A stretch of DNA of 64,000 bases. Source: an uncultured Clostridia bacterium. GTDB lineage: Bacteria > Bacillota > Clostridia > TANB77 > UBA1234. How positions within the stretch are numbered: position 1 is the first letter of the stretch; each line of letters starts with the position of its first letter. Below, piece after piece: positions 18,885 to 27,251 of the stretch. The stretch lies in contig CAKPEV010000001.1 of NCBI GenBank assembly GCA_934149405.1, positions 552-64,551 on the forward strand, written 5' to 3'. A program made the translations under genes and the position numbers. The notes beneath the pieces are model-generated. The model saw only the letters and a list, made by a program, of their open reading frames with translations, had not been told where the DNA came from and made no database searches.

Positions 18885-19495
18885 CTATTTTTTCATGACC
18901 TTTTTTGCCCATGTCTTTTCGTGACATTTTGGACATTTTAAATATCTTGTTGTTCCCATATGAAGCGAAAATATTACTTCTTTGTATGTTGGAACAAATC
19001 TATATTTGCACTCCTTGCACTCATAATAGCCTGCATCTAATTCGATTTTTACCATCATAAAACACACTGCTATAAAAAATGCTGTTGAGGCAGCTATTAT
19101 TATTCCACCTATCAATTTTTCTTTTAGCAATAGCACTGCTAAAAGTACTATACCTATGTAAAACGCCGTACTCGCTATTAGCACTATCCACATTGCTGTA
19201 AGTAATTTTTTGTTTTTTAGCTCATCTTGACTTGCAAGCTCTAGTAACAATTCTTCTGTTTTTTTGTCATGTTCTTTCATATCAATCATCTCCCCACTTA
19301 ACAATTCATTTACACTTATTTTTAGTTCACTGCACAAATCTAACATTATAGATGAATCAGGTAACGATTTTCCGTTTTCCCATTTTGATATTGCCCTATC
19401 TGTAATGTTTAGTTTTTCTGCCAATTGCATTTGAGTTAAATTGTTTTTCTTTCTACATTCTGCTATAAATTTTCCGATTTTAATTTGATCCACTA
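18885..19495 (-). CDS. XRE-family HTH regulator fused to a TM segment and a C-terminal Cys4 zinc-ribbon. Start reassigned to GTG, preceded by AAGGAGGG.
   Basis: HTH LTQMQLAEKLNITDRAISKWENGKSLP. Hydrophobic helices. CKECK...CPKCH. Confidence 0.7.
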
Positions 19496-19589
19496 AATTT
19501 CCCTCCTTATATCTCAAGTGTAAAATGTTGCTTTTAAAAAATCTACATACCGTTGGTTGAGTGGAGATATCAACCAATGGTTGTTTGGT

Positions 19590-20069
19590 TTAGGCTCTTA
19601 CGTAATCAATGATTTGCTGTAAGTTTGACTCAGAAACAAAATTTTCACCGTACTTAAATAATTTTATCATTTCTTGATTTTCTGGCTTATTGTCTATCTC
19701 CATCATTTTTCCAACCCACATAAAAAGCTTCTTTGTAAAGTATCCTAATTTGTCATAATTCAATCCACCTCTTAAATAAAATAATGGCTTATCTAATTTA
19801 TTTTTTGTAGCCAAACTAGCTATGTATGCATCTTCCTTTGGATATATTCCGACTGCTCCTACGCATTTAACATTGTATTTTTTCACTTTAGCTAGACCTT
19901 TTATTTTAGTAGCCGCTATCCATCCTAGAAATATAATTTCATCGTTTCTTTTAAGCTGTTTTCTCGCTTCTTTAGCAGTTAATGCTGGAACTTTGATTTT
20001 CTCACTTAACATTTCGGCATATTGCTTAGTATGACCTGTACTACTTTCATATACAATTGCTTTTAACAT
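19590..20069 (-). CDS. Flavodoxin-like fold protein
   Basis: 159 aa. N-terminal KAIVYESSTGHTKQYAEML resembles a flavodoxin FMN-binding loop. Confidence 0.5.
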   Translation of the reverse strand: MLKAIVYESSTGHTKQYAEMLSEKIKVPALTAKEARKQLKRNDEIIFLGWIAATKIKGLAKVKKYNVKCVGAVGIYPKEDAYIASLATKNKLDKPLFYLRGGLNYDKLGYFTKKLFMWVGKMMEIDNKPENQEMIKLFKYGENFVSESNLQQIIDYVRA

Positions 20070-20473
20070 TTTTACTACCTCTCTTTAATCAAATTGTGTT
20101 TGCCAATCTTGCTTATTCTATTTTTTCGCATCTTACTTGCAAGTTTTAATAAACTTCTATGTATGCTTTGCAAGTCCATTTGAAAATCTTTTTGCTTTAG
20201 TTGGATTGCCTGTGTCAAATATAGTTTTTTTCATGGTTAATCTTCTTTTTTCTTTTAATTTTACTTTTTTTACCATATCTAATATTTTTCTAATATCTAT
20301 TGTTCATTTATATAAGTCCATTTACAGTATAAATTTTATTACACTTTATATGCTTTTTCAACAAGTCTGTAAATTTGAGGACATATTTACAATATTTGTA
20401 GCTTTACATAGATTACATAAAAACGTTACAATTATATTGTACGAGACTAAGACTAATGAAGGAGGTTTTAATT

Positions 20474-21569
20474 ATGTCAAATACAAAACTTAAGTTATTA
20501 ACATGTCTGACACTTGCATTTTCATTTCTATTCTTTGCATGTTTAACTAATGTCTCTATGGCGAGTTATTCTAGCAGTTATGCTGAACCACACGTATTAG
20601 TTCGCAAAGGTTCAAGTGGCAACTCAGTTAAGTGGGTTCAAGATATGCTAAATCATTCTCGGCTATAACCTATCTATTGATGGTATATTTGGCACAAAGA
20701 CATACAATGCTGTTATTAGTTTTCAAAGAAACAAGGGGCTTGTAGTTGATGGTATTGTTGGAGCAAAAACCCGTAGCGCATTAAAAAACGCTTCTACATC
20801 TTCTGTTTCTTCAGGCACGATAAATGCATACAGATATGTAACAACTAATGTTAACTTTAGAAACGGTCCAGGAACATCTTATTACAGCAAGGGAATTTTA
20901 AGTAAGAACACCCAAGTGTATGTTTACCAAATCAGAAAGGATGGTTGGGCATATGTAAAACATAACAATTCTTATGGATATATTTATTCAAAATATTTGT
21001 CTACAAATCAAGTAAGTACTGTAACGCAGTCAACTTCCTTACCTGCATTTTCTAGGACAAATACATCTATTACTGGAATAGCTAAAGCATGTAAATCTTA
21101 CATTGCTCAAAATAACTTTGTTTATAGCCTTGCTGCAGGTGCTAGAACTATCCCAATGGATAAAAGCAAGCTATATAATGGTAACTATTGTGTTGACTGC
21201 AGTTCTTATGTTTCATGGGTTCTTTATGAATATGCTTTAATAAATGGCAAAACAAGTATGCAGAACTATTTTAATTATCAAAGAAACAGTGGCACTTTTG
21301 CAAGTATAGGTGCAAGCGGTGGAAATAGTTATTTATCAGTAGTATCTTCAAAAGGAAATTCAAATGTAGATTTATCAAAAGCAAAGGCTGGAGATATTTT
21401 AGTAAGTCCTGGACATGTTGAAATTTTTAGCTCTTACACTACAATTGGAAATAATGTAAGTATAAAAGTGTATAACTGTGGTTCTAATTCAAGCATAAAA
21501 TATGCTGGTCTTACAACCTCTGCAACAAGAAACATAAGTGAAATAACATATATATTAAGAGTAAAATAG
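20474..21569 (+). pseudogene. Secreted cell-wall hydrolase (signal peptide + PG_binding_1 + SH3b + NlpC/P60-like Cys/His domain), interrupted by a frameshift near 20655-20665
   Basis: Frame 2 gives ...VKWVQDMLNHSRL*. Frame 0 continues GYNLSIDGIFGTKTYNAVISFQ...GIVG (PG-binding). Then an SH3b-like segment and VDCSSYVSWV...GHVEIF catalytic motifs. Confidence 0.6.
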
Positions 21570-21620
21570 GAAAAATCAAAATTTTTTATTTTCATTTTTG
21601 ACTATTTTTAAATAATGTAA

Positions 21621-21665
21621 AAAAATACCCCTCAGCATAATAAATGAGCTAAGGGGTATTCTTTA
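21621..21665. terminator. Bidirectional terminator AAAAAATACCCCT-loop-AGGGGTATTCTTT between the hydrolase gene and the MYG1 gene
   Basis: Hairpin with an A-run on one side and a T-rich run on the other. Confidence 0.55.
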
Positions 21666-21710
21666 TACAACAAAGAGAGCATTCATAATGAATACTCTCT
21701 TTTGGGATTA

Positions 21711-22622
21711 TTAAGCTTCGATTGCAAGCTTTGCAAGTCGGATTGCTCCGTCCTTAGACATTGCTGCACCAATAAATCCATTTGGGTGACAGAAAGTAGC
21801 ATCACTTACTCCTGTCAATTCTTGGAGTTCTTTTGCCGGAGCTCCCCACCATTCCTTAGGTGTAGATTTGCGAACGGCAAAATTACCCAGACTTTCAGGG
21901 ACGGCTTGCCAATTAAAGCCTCCTCTGTTAGAAGGAAATACTACAAACAGTATTTCTGCTGCCTTCGGATTATCAGAAGCAAACAACGCATCCTGCCACG
22001 GCACGAATGTCTCCAGAACCATAATATGGTCTTTGGAATTTTCAATCGCCGCCTCAACTATCCCAATGGCTTTAACCTTTGAAATAGTATTCGACAGAAG
22101 CCTATCGAAGATTCTCTTTGCCTCGTCAACGGCCTTTACAAAAGCCTCATCCGGTGTTTCTGTGCTGTCCCATGCAGGATTGAAACTTGAAATGATAGCA
22201 GAAATCGTCATAGGCTTGACCACAGCTTCACATCTTGGTATTGCACCGCAATCAATTGCATCGATACCAGATATCAACTGCTCATCAATCAGCCGCCATA
22301 CGTTTTCTACGTCTTCGACCTCTTTCAAGAGTTCTTTACCAAACTCTCTCCAGATAAGTCCACACGAAGCGTACGGTACGCCGTTTTCTCTTGCGCCATT
22401 TCCTCCACGCTGATGATGGTCATATTTACCTCCACCAATGTCGAGTACAATAGTGCCATCGGGAAGGTCATTCGGAACCTTAAAGACCCTTGAGACCTTC
22501 ATCTCCCGGCCGAAAATTTCCGAAAGAATGGCAACTGCCATTACCTCATCTGCATGGAACACACCTCCATGAGTTACAACCTGAGCTTCTGCGGGGTTCT
22601 TCGTAATAATAATGTTTTCCAT
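21711..22622 (-). CDS. MYG1/UPF0160-family metal-dependent protein hydrolase. The gene is markedly GC-rich (about 47%).
   Basis: THGGVFHADEV N-terminal motif and length (303 aa) typical of the MYG1 family. Codon usage atypical for the window. Confidence 0.7.
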   Translation of the reverse strand: MENIIITKNPAEAQVVTHGGVFHADEVMAVAILSEIFGREMKVSRVFKVPNDLPDGTIVLDIGGGKYDHHQRGGNGARENGVPYASCGLIWREFGKELLKEVEDVENVWRLIDEQLISGIDAIDCGAIPRCEAVVKPMTISAIISSFNPAWDSTETPDEAFVKAVDEAKRIFDRLLSNTISKVKAIGIVEAAIENSKDHIMVLETFVPWQDALFASDNPKAAEILFVVFPSNRGGFNWQAVPESLGNFAVRKSTPKEWWGAPAKELQELTGVSDATFCHPNGFIGAAMSKDGAIRLAKLAIEA

Positions 22623-22837
22623 AACATTATCCTCCTAGAATTAAATTATGTGCTGTTTCTAATATATTTTATAACTAATGGTATATATCATTTCAACCAT
22701 GTTAATAAAAGAATAGAAACAACTAAAAAAATTTGCATACAAATGATATTATACAATACTTAACATAATTTGTCAACTAGCATTTTATTTTTTCTTTATT
22801 CACCCTAATACTGCTCCCCAAAAGCTATACTCAAAAT

Positions 22838-23080
22838 TTATTTTACCTCTTCCAAAGCCCTTGCCAATTGGTCTCCACAAGATGTTCCTTTTGTACCACA
22901 ATTTATTCCCTTTAATAATTTAATAACCTTTTCCTTTGGTTGTCCCTCCACAAGAGCTGCTACAGCCTTTAAATTTCCATTACAGCCTCCTGTAAATCTT
23001 ACATTTTTAACTATTCCATTTTCTATTTCAAATTCAATTTTTCTTGAACATGTTCCATTTGTTTCATAAGTATATTTCAT
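22838..23080 (-). CDS. TIGR03905-family Cys-containing small protein. The likely start is MKYTYETNG, after an AAAAGGAGAG RBS.
   Basis: GTCSRKIEF...GGCNGNLKAVAALVEGQ...GTSCGDQLA resembles the TIGR03905 family. Confidence 0.55.
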   Translation of the reverse strand: MKYTYETNGTCSRKIEFEIENGIVKNVRFTGGCNGNLKAVAALVEGQPKEKVIKLLKGINCGTKGTSCGDQLARALEEVK

Positions 23081-23545
23081 TTTTACTCTCCTTTTATATT
23101 TTGGTGTGTCCATTAATTTTATGGAGCACGCCTAAGCTTAAGCTGAATTTTTGCAGCATATTTTATTCTTTCATAAATTAATTTACACTACCTTATATTT
23201 ATTTTGAGGCATTTGGAATAATTTATTTGCAATAGATTAAAATTTTTATATTTTCTCTTTTCCATTGCCATAAATACCCTGCCATTAATACTAGCAAATT
23301 TATTTTACTTTTCAGGATAAGTATTGTCAAGAGACCAAAATTTTATATAATATAATGTGATATAATATAACACGCTGTAATTAATATAAATATAAGTACA
23401 TTAACGATTGCCTTAATTTTCACAAAGAAATTGATGCGTTATCTTAAAAAATATAAATTATTTTAGTTTTCGACAAATTTCGACAAAATATAATCCTTAT
23501 AACTATTAAAATTGAAATATATTTTAATTTAAAGGAGGAATTGTT

Positions 23546-23998
23546 ATGTCAAGATATGTTGAAAAAAATTTAGGAAAAGACGAAGAAATTGTTGGAAAAG
23601 GAGAAGTACATAAGATATGTCTTTTGCCACACATTTTACTATGCTTTATTTACATTGGTTTTTTTACCATTTGGGCCGCTATTATCAGAATATGTACTAC
23701 CGATTTAGCTTTCACAAATAAGCGATTACTTGGAAAAGTAGGCCTAATTAACACCAAAGTATTGGATACGCCACTTAATAAAATTAATAATGTTTCAATT
23801 GAACAAGGTTTGGGCGGAAAACTATTTGGATATGGTACAATTGTTGTTTCAAGTTCTTCAGCTCAGTATAATTTTAAAGGAATTAAAAATCCTGAAGTAT
23901 TTAGAAGTAGATTAATGGAACAAATTGATAAATTTGATGAAGACAGAATCAAAAAGCAAGCTATGGAAATGGCAAAAGCAATGAAAGAAAACAATTAA
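23546..23998 (+). CDS. Bacterial PH-domain (bPH_2/YdbT-like) membrane protein
   Basis: Two TM helices followed by NVSIEQGLGGKLFGYGTIVVSSS, characteristic of the bPH_2 family. Confidence 0.6.
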   Translation: MSRYVEKNLGKDEEIVGKGEVHKICLLPHILLCFIYIGFFTIWAAIIRICTTDLAFTNKRLLGKVGLINTKVLDTPLNKINNVSIEQGLGGKLFGYGTIVVSSSSAQYNFKGIKNPEVFRSRLMEQIDKFDEDRIKKQAMEMAKAMKENN

Positions 23999-24031
23999 AG
24001 TTGTTAAAAAAAAGATAGGTGATGAAATTAG

Positions 24032-24514
24032 ATGAACAGTAATAAGCCAAAGATAACTCGTCTAATGCTATTAGGTTTAATAATACTTTTACCTTTTATA
24101 ATTATGATGAAAAATAGTTTTTCTGACTTGCAACAAAGTAAATTAGAAGATACTCTACTAACAAGTGAAAATTATACATCTGCTTCAAGTATTGTAGAGA
24201 AGGCTATCGATTGTTTAAAAAGTGGAGATATTGTTTCTATGGAAAATTTATTAAGTAGTGATTGTGAATTTTATAACATCAGTACTAAATATTCCTTAAG
24301 CTCATGCTTAGAAAATTTATCTGAGTATGAAAGTTGTTGGTATGAAGAACGTGGAAACTCAATAGGAGATGAAAAAACATATAGAATATATTGGAATGGA
24401 TACAACCTAGATAATGCTCAACAAATAATAACACTAATTTTAAAGAAAAAAGTGACTCAATCAGAAATCACTTATGAAATTAAAAATATTATTTTATCTA
24501 ATAATACTATTTAA
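24032..24514 (+). CDS. Hypothetical membrane-anchored 160-aa protein
   Basis: N-terminal signal-anchor (LMLLGLIILLPFIIMM). No recognisable family. Confidence 0.4.
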   Translation: MNSNKPKITRLMLLGLIILLPFIIMMKNSFSDLQQSKLEDTLLTSENYTSASSIVEKAIDCLKSGDIVSMENLLSSDCEFYNISTKYSLSSCLENLSEYESCWYEERGNSIGDEKTYRIYWNGYNLDNAQQIITLILKKKVTQSEITYEIKNIILSNNTI

Positions 24515-24614
24515 TATTTTGTCTTCCAGCAAAAATTCGATATAATTATAAATATTAAATAAAAAAGGATAACGATTGGAACTATAGCAAGATTAAAGTG
24601 AAAGGAAAGAATTT

Positions 24615-25346
24615 ATGGAAGAAAATAATGAACTAATAAAATTAGAAGAAAAATTAAAAGCAATTGAACATAAAGATAACTCTTTGAAAAGACTAGATAT
24701 GTCATTTGGTAAGCACATCGAATTGAAGGAATATAAGAAGAGCCATCTTCTTGCCTATTGGATAGCTGATTTTTCAGAATACCACGATGTTGAACGAAAT
24801 TTTGATTATAGTAAATTAAAAACATTTAAACGCGGAGACATAATAAAAGTTAATTTAGGCTTTAATATAGGTAGCGAATTAGGCGGTTTACATTATTGTG
24901 TTGTTTTAAACAAATACGACAACCCACATTCGAAAGTACTGAATGTTATCCCACTAACCTCAAAAAAGGATAATAAAAAATATGATTCAAAAGCTTGTAT
25001 CGATTTAGGAGACGAAATTTACACGCTACTAAATAACAAATTTGAAAAAGATTTAAAAGAATGCGAAAAAGAATTACAAACCGTAAAAGACCTCCTTACT
25101 GCTACCCCGTCGTCATCCCAAAATGAACGATTAAATAGTCTTTCAATGAAGCTAATGTATTTAGGAAAAATAAAAGAAGAATTGCAAAAGATGAAACACG
25201 GTTCGATTGCAAAAATTGACCAAATCACAACCGTTAGTAAAATCAGAATATTCAACACTAAAAACAATATATTACTTGGCATTACAGCTACGAACCGAAC
25301 TCTAGACCTAATAGATAGCAAAATAAAGAAGCTATATACAAAATAA
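24615..25346 (+). CDS. Atypical MazF/PemK-fold protein (243 aa) with an N-terminal extension and a roughly 50-aa coiled-coil insertion
   Basis: KRGDIIKVNLGFNIGSELGGLHYCVVLN...VLNVIPLTSK matches the PemK/MazF core. C-terminal GSIAKIDQITTVSKIRI resembles the second MazF conserved block. Confidence 0.55.
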   Translation: MEENNELIKLEEKLKAIEHKDNSLKRLDMSFGKHIELKEYKKSHLLAYWIADFSEYHDVERNFDYSKLKTFKRGDIIKVNLGFNIGSELGGLHYCVVLNKYDNPHSKVLNVIPLTSKKDNKKYDSKACIDLGDEIYTLLNNKFEKDLKECEKELQTVKDLLTATPSSSQNERLNSLSMKLMYLGKIKEELQKMKHGSIAKIDQITTVSKIRIFNTKNNILLGITATNRTLDLIDSKIKKLYTK

Positions 25347-25447
25347 TTTTGTATAATTTATTTGACAATGAGCATATTATATATTATAATCTAATTATAA
25401 CTTAGCCACTTGTTATGTTAAGTAACGAGTCGGTCATAATAAGATTT

Positions 25448-25477
25448 AGAGTGTCTCATTGCAGACACTCTTTTTTA
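25448..25477 (+). terminator. Rho-independent terminator AGAGTGTCT-cattgc-AGACACTCT followed by TTTTTT
   Basis: Perfect 9-bp stem plus T6, immediately after the MazF-like gene. Confidence 0.7.
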
Positions 25478-25640
25478 TTTCAAAATAAATTATAAAAAAG
25501 ATAACATATTAACTTGGCGGAAGGCATGTTATCTCTTCTCTATTCACAAATGATAACCCACTTGTAAGATAACTACATTTTAAGCTATTTTTTATCCTCT
25601 TACAAGTGGAACAAATATTCTAACTCTAGGAGGTATTTTT

Positions 25641-26761
25641 ATGTCTAAAAGAAATTATAACGGTGAAGGAACTGTTTATTATCACCCAAAACTCAAAAGA
25701 TGGGTTGGACAGTTCACAGACCCTTTTACACACAAAAGAAAAGCCTTATATGATAAAGATGAAAAAGCACTTAGGAAAAAACTTAGACAAGCTATAAATG
25801 ATGCAGAAAAAGGAAAATTTGTTGAAAAATCAAAGGATACCATACCCGAAATTGCAGAGCGAATTATTGAACGCAAGCATCAAGCCAATATTACTGGTTC
25901 TTCTGCTTAACTTAGAAGCTTAGGAACTCTTGCTATTATTAAAAAATCCGAACTAGCAGACATATTCCTATTCAAAATGTTACTAAAGATGATTTGCAAG
26001 ACTTTTTCTTTACTTTAAAAGACTATTCTAATTCGTACATATTTAAAATATATCAAATTGTTAAGATATCTTTTGAGGAGGCTATAAAAGATGAATTGAT
26101 TGTTAAAAATCCTATGATATATGTTATAAAGCCAAAGTCCAATAAGCAAGATAAAAAAGTAGAGGCTCTCACACTGGAACAACATCAGCTCTTTATCAAG
26201 TCACTTGAAAACGAAAATTACAAGAATATATTTTTAATAGCAATAAATACGGGTATGCGTTGTGGTGAAATTCTAGCTTTAAAACCTAGTGACATTGACT
26301 TAGATAATAAAATCATAAAAGTGTCGAAAACTATCACCAGAAATGATTATGACAGCTATACAATTAAAGACGGTGGTAAGACATATGCTAGCACGCGTGA
26401 AATTCCTTTTGATAACGATTTAAAGCAAGTACTGATAACTTCTATAAATGAAATGAAAAATAACGAATTGGGGCTCTTATTTGCATTAGACGGAAAGATT
26501 ATTCGTCCCACTTCTCTTAACTTGGTTTTCAAACGAATTCGCAAGGACTTAAAGTTTGAAGGTAGCTATAATTTTCATATGTTACGTCATACGTTTGCTA
26601 CTAGGTGTATTGAAAGTGGTATGCCTGCTCATGTTCTACAAAAATTATTAGGTCATACCGGTGTATCTGTTACGATTAACACATACACTTCAATATTTGA
26701 CAAATATAAAAAAGAAGAATTTAACAAGTTTCTAGAATATAAAAGATTAAATAACATTTAG
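25641..26761 (+). pseudogene. Phage-type tyrosine integrase, inactivated by an in-frame TAA (25908) and a frameshift around 25960
   Basis: N-terminal arm-binding domain ORF ending at 25910. Catalytic domain ORF with R...HMLRHTFAT...Y. Intervening ...IPIQNVTKDDLQDFFF is readable only after a shift. Confidence 0.75.
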
Positions 26762-26787
26762 TAGGTTTTATGCCTACTTTTTTATTG

Positions 26788-26850
26788 CAAATTTTACTGC
26801 AATTTACAGCAATTTATAGCAATTATCAGCAATTCGTAGCAACTAAAAAC
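26788..26850. repeat. Six tandem degenerate decamers (ACTGCAATTT, ACAGCAATTT, ATAGCAATTA, TCAGCAATTC, GTAGCAACTA, AAAACAACTA)
   Basis: Visible 10-bp periodicity with an AGCAAYT core, between the integrase 3' end and tRNA-Leu. Confidence 0.55.
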
Positions 26851-26939
26851 AACTAATAAAAAGCCTTGTAAGTACTGATATATCAACAAGATATAACAAA
26901 ATAGCCATTTTGAAGATTTACTTCAAAATGGCTATCAAA

Positions 26940-27023
26940 TGGTGCGGGTGAGAGGACTTGAACCCCCACGTCTGTGACACTAGATCCTAAGTCTAGCGCG
27001 TCTGCCAGTTCCGCCACACCCGC
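26940..27023 (-). tRNA. tRNA-Leu (anticodon UAG), class II with a long variable arm, genomically encoded CCA
   Basis: Reverse complement reads GCGGGTGTGGCGGAACTGGCAGACGCGCTAGACTTAGGATCTAGTGTCACAGACGTGGGGGTTCAAGTCCTCTCACCCGCACCA. Anticodon loop CTTAGGA. Confidence 0.85.
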
Positions 27024-27251
27024 ATGTCGTTTCGACATTTTCAATATTAGCACATTTTTATCTAATCTGTCAATATTTATTTTGCAATTTGCGAATTTTT
27101 TAGGAGGAGAGCTTATTATGTTCTCCTCCTATTATTTTATATAACAAAAACTTGTTAAATTTTTTCATTTATAACTAATTGCATCACATATTTGCTTAGC
27201 ATTTTAAAAGCTTTCAAACTAAAAATCCTTGTTTTCTAAATACTCTTTTTC

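Noticed and set aside
27093-27130. Perfect hairpin AGGAGGAGA-N10-TCTCCTCCT containing an RBS-like GGAGG and an 8-codon mini-ORF (MFSSYYFI)
   Set aside because: Most simply a terminator-like inverted repeat downstream of the tRNA/ATPase region. The mini-ORF lies entirely inside the stem and shows no leader-peptide features.
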